Assembly (NCBI GenBank): GCA_964016885.1 | Contig: OZ024744.1 | Location: 126,604,001 to 126,668,000, forward strand | DNA length: 64,000 nt | Reading direction: 5' to 3' | Origin: Eledone cirrhosa | Taxonomy: Eukaryota | Shown here: piece by piece, positions 49,601-62,900 of the stretch | Layout of the letters: every line of letters starts with the position of its first letter | How positions within the stretch are numbered: the first letter of the stretch is position 1 | The notes under the pieces: generated by a model | Told to the model about the DNA's origin: nothing | Databases searched by the model: none | The model's input: the letters and a program-made list of their open reading frames with translations, nothing else | Translations under genes and position numbers: made by a program

Positions 49601-50832
49601 CGTTTGTAACACGGTTTCAATTCTAGGTTATATCAATTTCATTTCAATCTTGTTACTGATGTTCTTGACCAATATCGCTCAAACCTTTTTTGTAGCTCTC
49701 TCTCTTCTACTAGTTGATCACCCAATTCCCTCCACCCTCAAATATAATATATAACACAATCTATTGCATAACTCTAACAGACACATTAATATATTAATTT
49801 AATATTAGCATCATTAAAGGGAAATAAATATAGTTATAGGAAATATAAAAAAAATGTTCAATATTAAAAAAAAAAGTTCCGCCTTGGAATTCTGAAATTT
49901 CTCCAGGGTAAGAAATTCAGCGCTAAACAGCGGCATTAGCATTATTAGATCAATCCTTACGGGGTCGATAAAATAAAGTACCAGTAATGTACTGGGTGAT
50001 TGCTGGCCTTGTGCCTAAAGTAGAAACAATTATTTACAAAGATTTTATAGTGGAATTTATGTTTATGCTTTTAAAAAATTCGTAGAAAGTAGCCCCAGGT
50101 TTAAATATCAGTCATTAATAATAATACCTTCTTATTAATGTGCATTAAAGCTCTTATATTTCAAGAATAGAGAAAAGTATAAGGTGCGTTGATAAGGTGC
50201 TATAATGAGTACGATAAACGGGGATATTAAGCCCCAGAGGGCATAAAGGTCCACCACACTTCAAAAGCATTATAAATATAATGCATTTGTAGTGTGGTGG
50301 AGCTTAATACCCACGGGGCTTAATACCCTCGTTTACCCTACATAAAGGATGTAAGGAAACTGGAATATAGAAGGCTTGTCTGGAAATTAAATGTCGTTCA
50401 ATAATTTCTTAACTTCGATACAATACTATATATTTGTAGGGAAATACTGTATTCAGACGAACAAATCTCAACACACATCAGTTTTGTATCGATCCGTATA
50501 GATAAGCAGTATGTCAGTCGAAATGAGATTCTAAATCAATGGAGAAATACGACACTAAACATTTAAAAACTCTTCGCATGGTGCTCTATTCTATCTGTTA
50601 TATCATCAATTAATGTCAACATTTATGAAATATCTTTGCCGGTAATTTAGACGACACCAATAGACTGATTGTAGTATATTGTAATATTGTAGTTTAGACA
50701 GCTCCGAAGAAACTACAATTTCTTTATACGATCAACTTGTTTTATTATAACAAATGGAACAAAAACGATATGTTTCATAGGAACTATAATTGAATAAAAT
50801 GCTCAATATTTCCATCTATAAGAGTTGTATGT

Positions 50833-50938
50833 GAAGGCGCATGGCTTAGTGGGTAGAGCGTCGGGCTTACAATCGTGAGGTTGTAAGTTCGATTCTCTGA
50901 TTGGCCTTTGTGTTGTTCTAAGACACTTTGTTTCACGT
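50833..50938 (+). mobile_element. tRNA-derived SINE head (Pol III A/B boxes) abutting the satellite
   Basis: TGGCTTAGTGG (A box), cttacaa anticodon-like loop, GTTCGATTC (B box), then aagacactttgtttcacgt running directly into monomer 1. Confidence 0.8.
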
Positions 50939-53900
50939 GGTAGTGTAGGTGTTACGACAAAAAGCACCCAGTCCACACTGTAAAGTGGTCATGTAGGTGT
51001 CACGACAAAAAGCACCCAGTCCACACTGTAAGGTGGTAGTGTAGGTGTTACGACAAAAAGCACCCAGTCCACACTGTAAAGTGGTCATGTAGGTGTCACG
51101 ACAAAAAGCATCCAGTCCACACTGTAAGGTGGTAGTGTAGGTGTCACGACAAAAAGCACCCAGTCCACACTGTAAAGTGGTCATGTAGGTGTCACGACAA
51201 AAAGCATCCAGTCCACACTGTAAGGTGGTAGTGTAGGTGTCACGACAAAAAGCACCCAGTCCACACTGTAAAGTGGTCATGTAGGTGTCACGACAAAAAG
51301 CACCCAGTCCACACTGTAAGGTGGTAGTGTAGGTGTTACGACAAAAAGCACCCAGTCCACACTGTAAAGTGGTCATGTAGGTGTCACGACAAAAAGCATC
51401 CAGTCCACACTGTAAGGTGGTAGTGTAGGTGTCACAAAAAAAGCACTCAGTCCACACTGTAAAGTGGTCATGTAGGTGTCACGACAAAAAGCATCCAGTC
51501 CACACTGTAAGATGGTAGTGTAGGTGTCACGACAAAAAGCACCCAGTCCACACTGTAAAGTGGTCATGTAGGTGTCACGACAAAAAGCATCCAGTCCACA
51601 CTGTAAGATGGTAGTGTAGGTGTCACGACAAAAAGCACCCAGTCCACACTGTAAAGTGGTCATGTAGGTGTCACGACAAAAAGCACCCAGTCCACACTGT
51701 AAGGTGGTAGTGTAGGTGTCACGACAAAAAGCATCCAGTCCACACTGTAAAGTGGTCATGTAGGTGTCACGACAAAAAGCACCCAGTCCACACTGTAAAG
51801 TGGTCATGTAGGTGTCACGACAAAAAGCATCCAGTCCACACTGTAAGGTGGTAGTGTAGGTGTCACGACAAAAAGCACCCAGTCCACACTGTAAAGTGGT
51901 CATGTAGGTGTCACGACAAAAAGCATCCAGTCCACACTGTAAGGTGGTAGTGTAGGTGTCACGACAAAAAGCACCCAGTCCACACTGTAAAGTGGTCATG
52001 TAGGTGTCACGACAAAAAGCACCCAGTCCACACTGTAAGGTGGTAGTGTAGGTGTTACGACAAAAAGCACCCAGTCCACACTGTAAAGTGGTAATGTAGG
52101 TGTCACGACAAAAAGCATCCAGTCCACACTGTAAGGTGGTAGTGTAGGTGTCACAAAAAAAGCACTCGGTCCACACTGTAAAGTGGTCATGTAGGTGTCA
52201 CGACAAAAAGCACCCAGTCCACACTGTAAAGTGGTCATGTAGGTGTCACGACAAAAAGCATCCAGTCCACACTGTAAGGTGGTAGTGTAGGTGTCACAAA
52301 AAAAGCACTCAGTCCACACTGTAAAGTGGTCATGTAGGTGTCACGACAAAAAGCACCCAGTCCACACTGTAAAGTGGTCATGTAGGTGTCACGACAAAAA
52401 GCATCCAGTCCACACTGTAATGTGGTAGTGTAGGTGTCACGACAAAAAGCACCCAGTCCACACTGTAAAGTGGTCATGTAGGTGTCACGACAAAAAGCAC
52501 CCAGTCCACACTGTAAGGTGGTAGTGTAGGTGTCACAAAAAAAGCACCCAGTCCACACTGTAAAGTGGTCATGTAGGTGTCACGACAAAAAGCATCCAGT
52601 CCACACTGTAAGGTGGTAGTGTAGGTGTCACGACAAAAAGCACCCAGTCCACACTGTAAAGTGGTCATGTAGGTGTCACGACAAAAAGCACCCAGTCCAC
52701 ACTGTAAAGTGGTCATGTAGGTGTCACGATAAAAAGCACCCAGTCCACACTGTAAAGTGGTCATGTAGGTGTCACGACAAAAAGCATCCAGTCCACACTG
52801 TAAAGTGGTCATGTAGGTGTTACGACAAAAAGCACCCAGTCCACACTGTAAAGTGGTCATGTAGGTGTCACGACAAAAAGCACCTAGTCCACACTGTAAG
52901 GTGGTAGTGTAGGTGTCATGACAAAAAACATCCAGTCCACACTGTAAGGTGGTAGTGTAGGTGTCACGACAAAAAGCACTCAGTCCACACTGTAAGGTGG
53001 TAGTGTAGGTGTCACGACAAAAAGCACCCAGTCCACACTGTAAAGTGGTCATGTAGGTGTCACGACAAAAAGCACCTAGTCCACACTGTAAGGTGGTAGT
53101 GTAGGTGTTACGACAAAAAGCACCCAGTCCAGACTGTAAAGTGGTCATGTAGGTGTCACGACAAAAAGCATCCAGTCCACACTGTAAGGTGGTAGTGTAG
53201 GTGTCACGACAAAAAGCATCCAGTCCACACTGTAAGGTGGTAGTGTAGGTGTTACGACAAAAAGCACCCAGTCCACACTGTAAAGTGGTCATGTAGGTGT
53301 CACGACAAAAAGCACTCAGTCCACACTGTAAAGTGCTAGTGTAGGTGTCACAAAAAAAGCATCCAGTCCACACTGTAAGGTGGTAGTGTAGGTGTTACGA
53401 CAAAAAGCACCCAGTCCACACTGTAAAGTGGTCATGTAGGTGTCACGACAAAAAGCACTCAGTCCACACTGTAAAGTGGTAGTGTAGGTGTCACGACAAA
53501 AAGCATCCAGTCCACACTGTAAGGTGGTAGTGTAGGTGTCACGACAAAAAGCACCCAGTCCACACTGTAAGGTGGTAGTGTAGGTGTCACGACAAAAAGC
53601 ATCCAGTCCACACTGTAAAGTGGTAGTGTAGGTGTCACGACAAAAAGAACTCAGTCCACACTGTAAAGTGGTAGTGTAGGTGTCACGACAAAAAGCACCC
53701 AGTCCACACTGTAAGGTGGTCATGTAGGTGTCACGACAAAAAGCATCCAGTCCACACTGTAAGGTGGTAGTGTAGGTGTCACGACGAAAAGCATCCAGTC
53801 CACACTGTAAGGTGGTAGTGTAGGTGTCACGACAAAAAGCACTCAGTCCACACTGTAAAGTGGTAGTGTAGGTGTCACGACAAAAAGCATCCAGTCCACA

Positions 53901-56900
53901 CTGTAAAGTGGTCATGTAGGTGTCACGACAAAAAGCACCCAGTCCACACTGTAAGGTGGTAGTGTAGGTGTCACGACAAAAAGCATCCAGTCCACACTGT
54001 AAGGTGGTAGTGTAGGTGTCACGACAAAAAGCACTCAGTCCACACTGTAAGGTGGTAGTGTAGGTGTCACGACAAAAAGCATCCAGTCCACACTGTAAGG
54101 TGGTAGTGTAGGTGTTACGACAAAAAGCACCCAGTCCACACTGTAAAGTGGTCATGTAGGTGTCACGACAAAAAGCACTCAGTCCACACTGTAAAGTGGT
54201 AGTGTAGGTGTCACAAAAAAAGCATCCAGTCCACACTGTAAGGTGGTAGTGTAGGTGTTACGACAAAAAGCACCCAGTCCACACTGTAAGGTGGTCATGT
54301 AGGTGTCACGACAAAAAGCACTCAGTCCACACTGTAAGGTGGTAGTGTAGGTGTCACGACAAAAAGCACCCAGTCCACACTGTAAAGTGGTCATGTAGGT
54401 GTCACGACAAAAAGCACTCAGTCCACACTGTAAAGTGGTAGTGTAGGTGTCACGACAAAAAGCACCTAGTCCACACTGTAAGGTGGTAGTGTAGGTGTCA
54501 CGACAAAAAGCATCCAGTCCACACTGTAAGGTGGTCATGTAGGTGTCACGACAAAAAGCACTCAGTCCACACTGTAAAGTGGTAGTGTAGGTGTCACGAC
54601 AAAAAGCATCCAGTCCACACTGTAAGGTGGTCATGTAGGTGTCACGACAAAAAGCACTCAGTCCACACTGTAAAGTGGTAGTGTAGGTGTCACGACAAAA
54701 AGCACCTAGTCCACACTGTAAGGTGGTAGTGTAGGTGTCACGACAAAAAGCATCCAGTCCACACTGTAAGGTGGTCATGTAGGTGTCACGACAAAAAGCA
54801 CTCAGTCCACACTGTAAAGTGGTAGTGTAGGTGTCACGACAAAAAGCACTCAGTCCACACTGTAAAGTGGTAGTGTAGGTGTCACGACAAAAAGCATCCA
54901 GTCCACACTGTAAGGTGGTAGTGTAGGTGTCACGACAAAAAGCATCCAGTCCACACTGTAAGGTGGTACTGTAGGTGTCACGACAAAAAGCACTCAGTCC
55001 ACACTGTAAAGTGGTAGTGTAGGTGTCACGACAAAAAGCACCCAGTCCACACTGTAAGGTGGTAGTGTAGGTGTCACGACAAAAAGCATCCAGTCCACAC
55101 TGTAAAGTGGTAGTGTAGGTGTCACGACAAAAAGCACTCAGTCCACACTGTAAAGTGGTAGTGTAGGTGTCACGACAAAAAGCACTCAGTCCACACTGTA
55201 AAGTGGTAGTGTAGGTGTCACGACAAAAAGCATCCAGTCCACACTGTAAAGTGGTCATGTAGGTGTCACGACAAAAAGCACCCAGTCCACACTGTAAGGT
55301 GGTAGTGTAGGTGTCACGACAAAAAGCATCCAGTCCACACTGTAAGGTGGTAGTGTAGGTGTCACGACAAAAAGCACCCAGTCCACACTGTAAAGTGGTC
55401 ATGTAGGTGTCACGACAAAAAGCACCCAGTCCACACTGTAAGGTGGTAGTGTAGGTGTTACGACAAAAAGCACCCAGTCCACACTGTAAAGTGGTCATGT
55501 AGGTGTCACGACAAAAAGCACCCAGTCCACACTGTAAAGTGGTCATGTAGGTGTCACGACAAAAAGCACTCAGTCCACACTGTAAAGTGGTCATGTAGGT
55601 GTCACGACAAAAAGCATCCAGTCCACACTGTAAGATGGTAGTGTAGGTGTCACGACAAAAAGCATCCAGTCCACACTGTAAGGTGGTAGTGTAGGTGTCA
55701 CGACAAAAAGCACCCAGTCCACACTGTAAAGTGGTCATGTAGGTGTCACGACAAAAAGCACCCAGTCCACACTGTAAGGTGGTAGTGTAGGTGTCACAAA
55801 AAAAGCACCCAGTCCACACTGTAAAGTGGTCATGTAGGTGTCACGACAAAAAGCATCCAGTCCACACTGTAAGGTGGTAGTGTAGGTGTCACGACAAAAA
55901 GCACCCAGTCCACACTGTAAAGTGTTCATGTAGGTGTCACGACAAAAAGCACCCAGTCCACACTGTAAAGTGGTCATGTAGGTGTCACGATAAAAAGCAC
56001 CCAGTCCACACTGTAAAGTGGTCATGTAGGTGTCACGACAAAAAGCATCCAGTCCACACTGTAAAGTGGTCATGTAGGTGTTACGACAAAAAGCACCCAG
56101 TCCACACTGTAAAGTGGTCATGTAGGTGTCACGACAAAAAGCACCTAGTCCACACTGTAAGGTGGTAGTGTAGGTGTCACGACAAAAAGCATCCAGTCCA
56201 CACTGTAAGGTGGTAGTGTAGGTGTCACGACAAAAAGCACTCAGTCCACACTGTAAGGTGGTAGTGTAGGTGTCACGACAAAAAGCACCCAGTCCACACT
56301 GTAAAGTGGTCATGTAGGTGTCACGACAAAAAGCATCCAGTCCACAGTGTAAGGTGGTAGTGTAGGTGTTACGACAAAAAGCACCCAGTCCAGACTGTAA
56401 AGTGGTCATGTAGGTGTCACGACAAAAAGCATCCAGTCCACACTGTAAGGTGGTAGTGTAGGTGTTACGACAAAAAGCACCCAGTCCACACTGTAAAGTG
56501 GTCATGTAGGTGTCACGACAAAAAGCACTCAGTCCACACTGTAAAGTGGTAGTGTAGGTGTCACGACAAAAAGCACCTAGTCCACACTGTAAGGTGGTAG
56601 TGTAGGTGTCACGACAAAAAGCATCCAGTCCACACTGTAAGGTGGTCATGTAGGTGTCACGACAAAAAGCACTCAGTCCACACTGTAAAGTGGTAGTGTA
56701 GGTATCACGACAAAAAGCACTCAGTCCACACTGTAAAGTGGTAGTGTAGGTGTCACGACAAAAAGCATCCAGTCCACACTGTAAGGTGGTAGTGTAGGTG
56801 TCACGACAAAAAGCATCCAGTCCACACTGTAAGGTGGTAGTGTAGGTGTCACGACAAAAAGCACTCAGTCCACACTGTAAAGTGGTAGTGTAGGTGTCAC

Positions 56901-59900
56901 GACAAAAAGCACCCAGTCCACACTGTAAGGTGGTAGTGTAGGTGTCACGACAAAAAGCATCCAGTCCACACTGTAAAGTGGTAGTGTAGGTGTCACGACA
57001 AAAAGAACTCAGTCCACACTGTAAAGTGGTAGTGTAGGTGTCACGACAAAAAGCACCCAGTCCACACTGTAAGGTGGTCATGTAGGTGTCACGACAAAAA
57101 GCACCCAGTCCACACTGTAAGGTGGTAGTGTAGGTGTCACGACAAAAAGCATCCAGTCCACACTGTAAGGTGGTAGTGTAGGTGTCACGACAAAAAGCAC
57201 TCAGTCCACACTGTAAGGTGGTAGTGTAGGTGTCACGACAAAAAGCATCCAGTCCACACTGTAAAGTGGTCATGTAGGTGTCACGACAAAAAGCACCCAG
57301 TCCACACTGTAAGGTGGTAGTGTAGGTGTCACGACAAAAAGCATCCAGTCCACACTGTAAGGTGGTAGTGTAGGTGTCACGACAAAAAGCACTCAGTCCA
57401 CACTGTAAGGTGGTAGTGTAGGTGTCACGACAAAAAGCATCCAGTCCACACTGTAAGGTGGTAGTGTAGGTGTTACGACAAAAAGCACCCAGTCCACACT
57501 GTAAAGTGGTCATGTAGGTGTCACGACAAAAAGCACTCAGTCCACACTGTAAAGTGGTAGTGTAGGTGTCACAAAAAAAGCATCCAGTCCACACTGTAAG
57601 GTGGTAGTGTAGGTGTCACGACAAAAAGCACCCAGTCCACACTGTAAGGTGGTAGTGTAGGTGTTACGACAAAAAGCACCCAGTCCACACTGTAAAGTGG
57701 TCATGTAGGTGTCACGACAAAAAGCACTCAGTCCACACTGTAAAGTGGTAGTGTAGGTGTCACGACAAAAAGCACCTAGTCCACACTGTAAGGTGGTAGT
57801 GTAGGTGTCACGACAAAAAGCAGCCAGTCCACACTGTAAGGTGGTCATGTAGGTGTCACGACAAAAAGCACTCAGTCCACACTGTAAAGTGGTAGTGTAG
57901 GTGTCACGACAAAAAGCACTCAGTCCACACTGTAAAGTGGTAGTGTAGGTGTCACGACAAAAAGCATCCAGTCCACACTGTAAGGTGGTAGTGTAGGTGT
58001 CACGACAAAAAGCATCCAGTCCACACTGTAAGGTGGTACTGTAGGTGTCACGACAAAAAGCACTCAGTCCACACTGTAAAGTGGTAGTGTAGGTGTCACG
58101 ACAAAAAGCACCCAGTCCACACTGTAAGGTGGTAGTGTAGGTGTCACGACAAAAAGCATCCAGTCCACACTGTAAAGTGGTCATGTAGGTGTCACGACAA
58201 AAAGCACCCAGTCCACACTGTAAAGTGGTAGTGTAGGTGTCACGACAAAAAGCATCCAGTCCACACTGTAAAGTGGTCATGTAGGTGTCACGACAAAAAG
58301 CACTCAGTCCACACTGTAAAGTGGTAGTGTAGGTGTCACGACAAAAAGCACTCAGTCCACACTGTAAAGTGGTAGTGTAGGTGTCACGACAAAAAGCATC
58401 CAGTCCACACTGTAAGGTGGTAGTGTAGGTGTCACGACAAAAAGCACTCAGTCCACACTGTAAAGTGGTAGTGTAGGTGTCACGACAAAAAGCACTCAGT
58501 CCACACTGTAAAGTGGTAGTGTAGGTGTCACGACAAAAAGCACTCAGTCCACACTGTAAAGTGGTAGTGTAGGTGTCACGACAAAAAGCATCCAGTCCAC
58601 ACTGTAAAGTGGTCATGTAGGTGTCACGACAAAAAGCACCCAGTCCACACTGTAAGGTGGTAGTGTAGGTGTCACGACAAAAAGCATCCAGTCCACACTG
58701 TAAGGTGGTAGTGTAGGTGTCACGACAAAAAGCACCCAGTCCACACTGTAAAGTGGTCATGTAGGTGTCACGACAAAAAGCACCCAGTCCACACTGTAAG
58801 GTGGTAGTGTAGGTGTTACGACAAAAAGCACCCAGTCCACACTGTAAAGTGGTCATGTAGGTGTCACGACAAAAAGCATCCAGTCCACACTGTAAGGTGG
58901 TAGTGTAGGTGTCACAAAAAAAGCACTCAGTCCACACTGTAAAGTGGTCATGTAGGTGTCACGACAAAAAGCATCCAGTCCACACTGTAAGGTGGTAGTG
59001 TAGGTGTCACGACAAAAAGCACCCAGTCCACACTGTAAAGTGGTCATGTAGGTGTCACGACAAAAAGCACCCAGTCCACACTGTAAGGTGGTAGTGTAGG
59101 TGTTACGACAAAAAGCACCCAGTCCACACTGTAAAGTGGTAGTGTAGGTGTCACGACAAAAAGCATCCAGTCCACACTGTAAGGTGGTAGTGTAGGTGTC
59201 ACGACAAAAAGCATCCAGTCCACACTGTAAGGTGGTAGTGTAGGTGTTACGACAAAAAGCACCCAGTCCACACTGTAAAGTGGTCATGTAGGTGTCACGA
59301 CAAAAAGCACTCAGTCCACACTGTAAAGTGGTAGTGTAGGTGTCACAAAAAAAGCATCCAGTCCACACTGTAAGGTGGTAGTGTAGGTGTTACGACAAAA
59401 AGCACCCAGTCCACACTGTAAAGTGGTCATGTAGGTGTCACGACAAAAAGCACTCAGTCCACACTGTAAAGTGGTAGTGTAGGTGTCACGACAAAAAGCA
59501 CCTAGTCCACACTGTAAGGTGGTAGTGTAGGTGTCACGACAAAAAGCATCCAGTCCACACTGTAAGGTGGTCATGTAGGTGTCACGACAAAAAGCACTCA
59601 GTCCACACTGTAAAGTGGTAGTGTAGGTGTCACGACAAAAAGCACTCAGTCCACACTGTAAAGTGGTAGTGTAGGTGTCACGACAAAAAGCATCCAGTCC
59701 ACACTGTAAGGTGGTAGTGTAGGTGTCACGACAAAAAGCATCCAGTCCACACTGTAAGGTGGTACTGTAGGTGTCACGACAAAAAGCACTCAGTCCACAC
59801 TGTAAAGTGGTAGTGTAGGTGTCACGACAAAAAGCACCCAGTCCACACTGTAAGGTGGTAGTGTAGGTGTCACGACAAAAAGCATCCAGTCCACACTGTA

Positions 59901-62900
59901 AAGTGGTAGTGTAGGTGTCACGACAAAAAGCACTCAGTCCACACTGTAAAGTGGTAGTGTAGGTGTCACGACAAAAAGCACTCAGTCCACACTGTAAAGT
60001 GGTAGTGTAGGTGTCACGACAGAAAGCATCCAGTCCACACTGTAAAGTGGTCATGTAGGTGTCACGACAAAAAGCACCCAGTCCACACTGTAAGGTGGTA
60101 GTGTAGGTGTCACGACAAAAAGCATCCAGTCCACACTGTAAGGTGGTAGTGTAGGTGTCACGACAAAAAGCACCCAGTCCACACTGTTAAGTGGTCATGT
60201 AGGTGTCACGACAAAAAGCACCCAGTCCACACTGTAAGGTGGTAGTGTAGGTGTTACGACAAAAAGCACCCAGTCCACACTGTAAAGTGGTCATGTAGGT
60301 GTCACGACAAAAAGCATCCAGTCCACACTGTAAGGTGGTAGTGTAGGTGTCACAAAAAAAGCACTCAGTCCACACTGTAAAGTGGTCATGTAGGTCTCAC
60401 GACAAAAAGCATCCAGTCCACACTGTAAGATGGTAGTGTAGGTGTCACGACAAAAAGCACCCAGTCCACACTGTAAAGTGGTCATGTAGGTGTCACGACA
60501 AAAAGCATCCAGTCCACACTGTAAGGTGGTAGTGTAGGTGTCACGACAAAAAGCACCCAGTCCACACTGTAAAGTGGTCATGTAGGTGTCACGACAAAAA
60601 GCACCCAGTCCACACTGTAAAGTGGTCATGTAGGTGTCACGACAAAAAGCATCCAGTCCACACTGTAAGGTGGTAGTGTAGGTGTCACGACAAAAAGCAC
60701 CCAGTCCACACTGTAAAGTGGTCATGTAGGTGTCACGACAAAAAGCATCCAGTCCACACTGTAAGGTGGTAGTGTAGGTGTCACGACAAAAAGCACCCAG
60801 TCCACACTGTAAAGTGGTCATGTAGGTGTCACGACAAAAAGCACCCAGTCCACACTGTAAGGTGGTAGTGTAGGTGTTACGACAAAAAGCACCCAGTCCA
60901 CACTGTAAAGTGGTAATGTAGGTGTCAAGACAAAAAGCATCCAGTCCACACTGTAAGGTGGTAGTGTAGGTGTCACAAAAAAAGCACTCGGTCCACACTG
61001 TAAAGTGGTCATGTAGGTGTCACGACAAAAAGCACCCAGTCCACACTGTAAAGTGGTCATGTAGGTGTCACGACAAAAAGCATCCAGTCCACACTGTAAG
61101 GTGGTAGTGTAGGTGTCACAAAAAAAGCACTCAGTCCACACTGTAAAGTGGTCATGTAGGTGTCACGACAAAAAGCACCCAGTCCACACTGTAAGGTGGT
61201 AGTGTAGGTGTCACGACAAAAAGCATCCAGTCCACACTGTAAGGTGGTCATGTAGGTGTCACGACAAAAAGCATCCAGTCCACACTGTAAGGTGGTAGTG
61301 TAGGTGTCACGACAAAAAGCACCCAGTCCACACTGTAAAGTGGTCATGTAGGTGTCACGACAAAAAGCACCCAGTCCACACTGTAAGGTGGTAGTGTAGG
61401 TGTCACAAAAAAAGCACCCAGTCCACACTGTAAAGTGGTCATGTAGGTGTCACGACAAAAAGCATCCAGTCCACACTGTAAGGTGGTAGTGTAGGTGTCA
61501 CGACAAAAAGCACCCAGTCCACACTGTAAAGTGGTCATGTAGGTGTCACGACAAAAAGCACCCAGTCCACACTGTAAAGTGGTCATGTAGGTGTCACGAT
61601 AAAAAGCACCCAGTCCACACTGTAAAGTGGTCATGTAGGTGTCACGACAAAAAGCATCCAGTCCACACTGTAAAGTGGTCATGTAGGTGTTACGACAAAA
61701 AGCACCCAGTCCACACTGTAAAGTGGTCATGTAGGTGTCACGACAAAAAGCACCTAGTCCACACTGTAAGGTGGTAGTGTAGGTGTCACGACAAAAAGCA
61801 TCCAGTCCACACTGTAAAGTGGTCATGTAGGTGTTACGACAAAAAGCACTCAGTCCACACTGTAAGGTGGTAGTGTAGGTGTCACGACAAAAAGCACCCA
61901 GTCCACACTGTAAAGTGGTCATGTAGGTGTCACGACAAAAAGCACTCAGTCCACACTGTAAGGTGGTAGTGTAGGTGTCACGACAAAAAGCACTCAGTCC
62001 ACACTGTAAGGTGGTAGTGTAGGTGTCACGACAAAAAGCACCCAGTCCACACTGTAAAGTGGTCATGTAGGTGTCACGACAAAAAGCATCCAGTCCACAG
62101 TGTAAGGTGGTAGTGTAGGTGTTACGACAAAAAGCACCCAGTCCAGACTGTAAAGTGGTCATGTAGGTGTCACGACAAAAAGCATCCAGTCCACACTGTA
62201 AGGTGGTAGTGTAGGTGTCACGACAAAAAGCATCCAGTCCACACTGTAAGGTGGTAGTGTAGGTGTTACGACAAAAAGCACCCAGTCCACACTGTAAAGT
62301 GGTCATGTAGGTGTCACGACAAAAAGCACTCAGTCCACACTGTAAAGTGCTAGTGTAGGTGTCACAAAAAAAGCATCCAGTCCACACTGTAAGGTGGTAG
62401 TGTAGGTGTTACGACAAAAAGCACCCAGTCCACACTGTAAAGTGGTCATGTAGGTGTCACGACAAAAAGCACTCAGTCCACACTGTAAAGTGGTAGTGTA
62501 GGTGTCACGACAAAAAGCACCTAGTCCACACTGTAAGGTGGTAGTGTAGGTGTCACGACAAAAAGCATCCAGTCCACACTGTAAGGTGGTCATGTAGGTG
62601 TCACGACAAAAAGCACTCAGTCCACACTGTAAAGTGGTAGTGTAGGTGTCACGACAAAAAGCACTCAGTCCACACTGTAAAGTGGTAGTGTAGGTGTCAC
62701 GAAAAAAAGCATCCAGTCCACACTGTAAGGTGGTAGTGTAGGTGTCACGACAAAAAGCATCCAGTCCACACTGTAAGGTGGTAGTGTAGGTGTCACGACA
62801 AAAAGCACTCAGTCCACACTGTAAAGTGGTAGTGTAGGTGTCACGACAAAAAGCACCCAGTCCACACTGTAAGGTGGTAGTGTAGGTGTCACGACAAAAA

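Noticed and set aside
50833-50905. Functional tRNA-Val gene
   Set aside because: The acceptor and T stems do not pair well, the sequence continues into a SINE core, and similar heads occur at 5435 and 19630.
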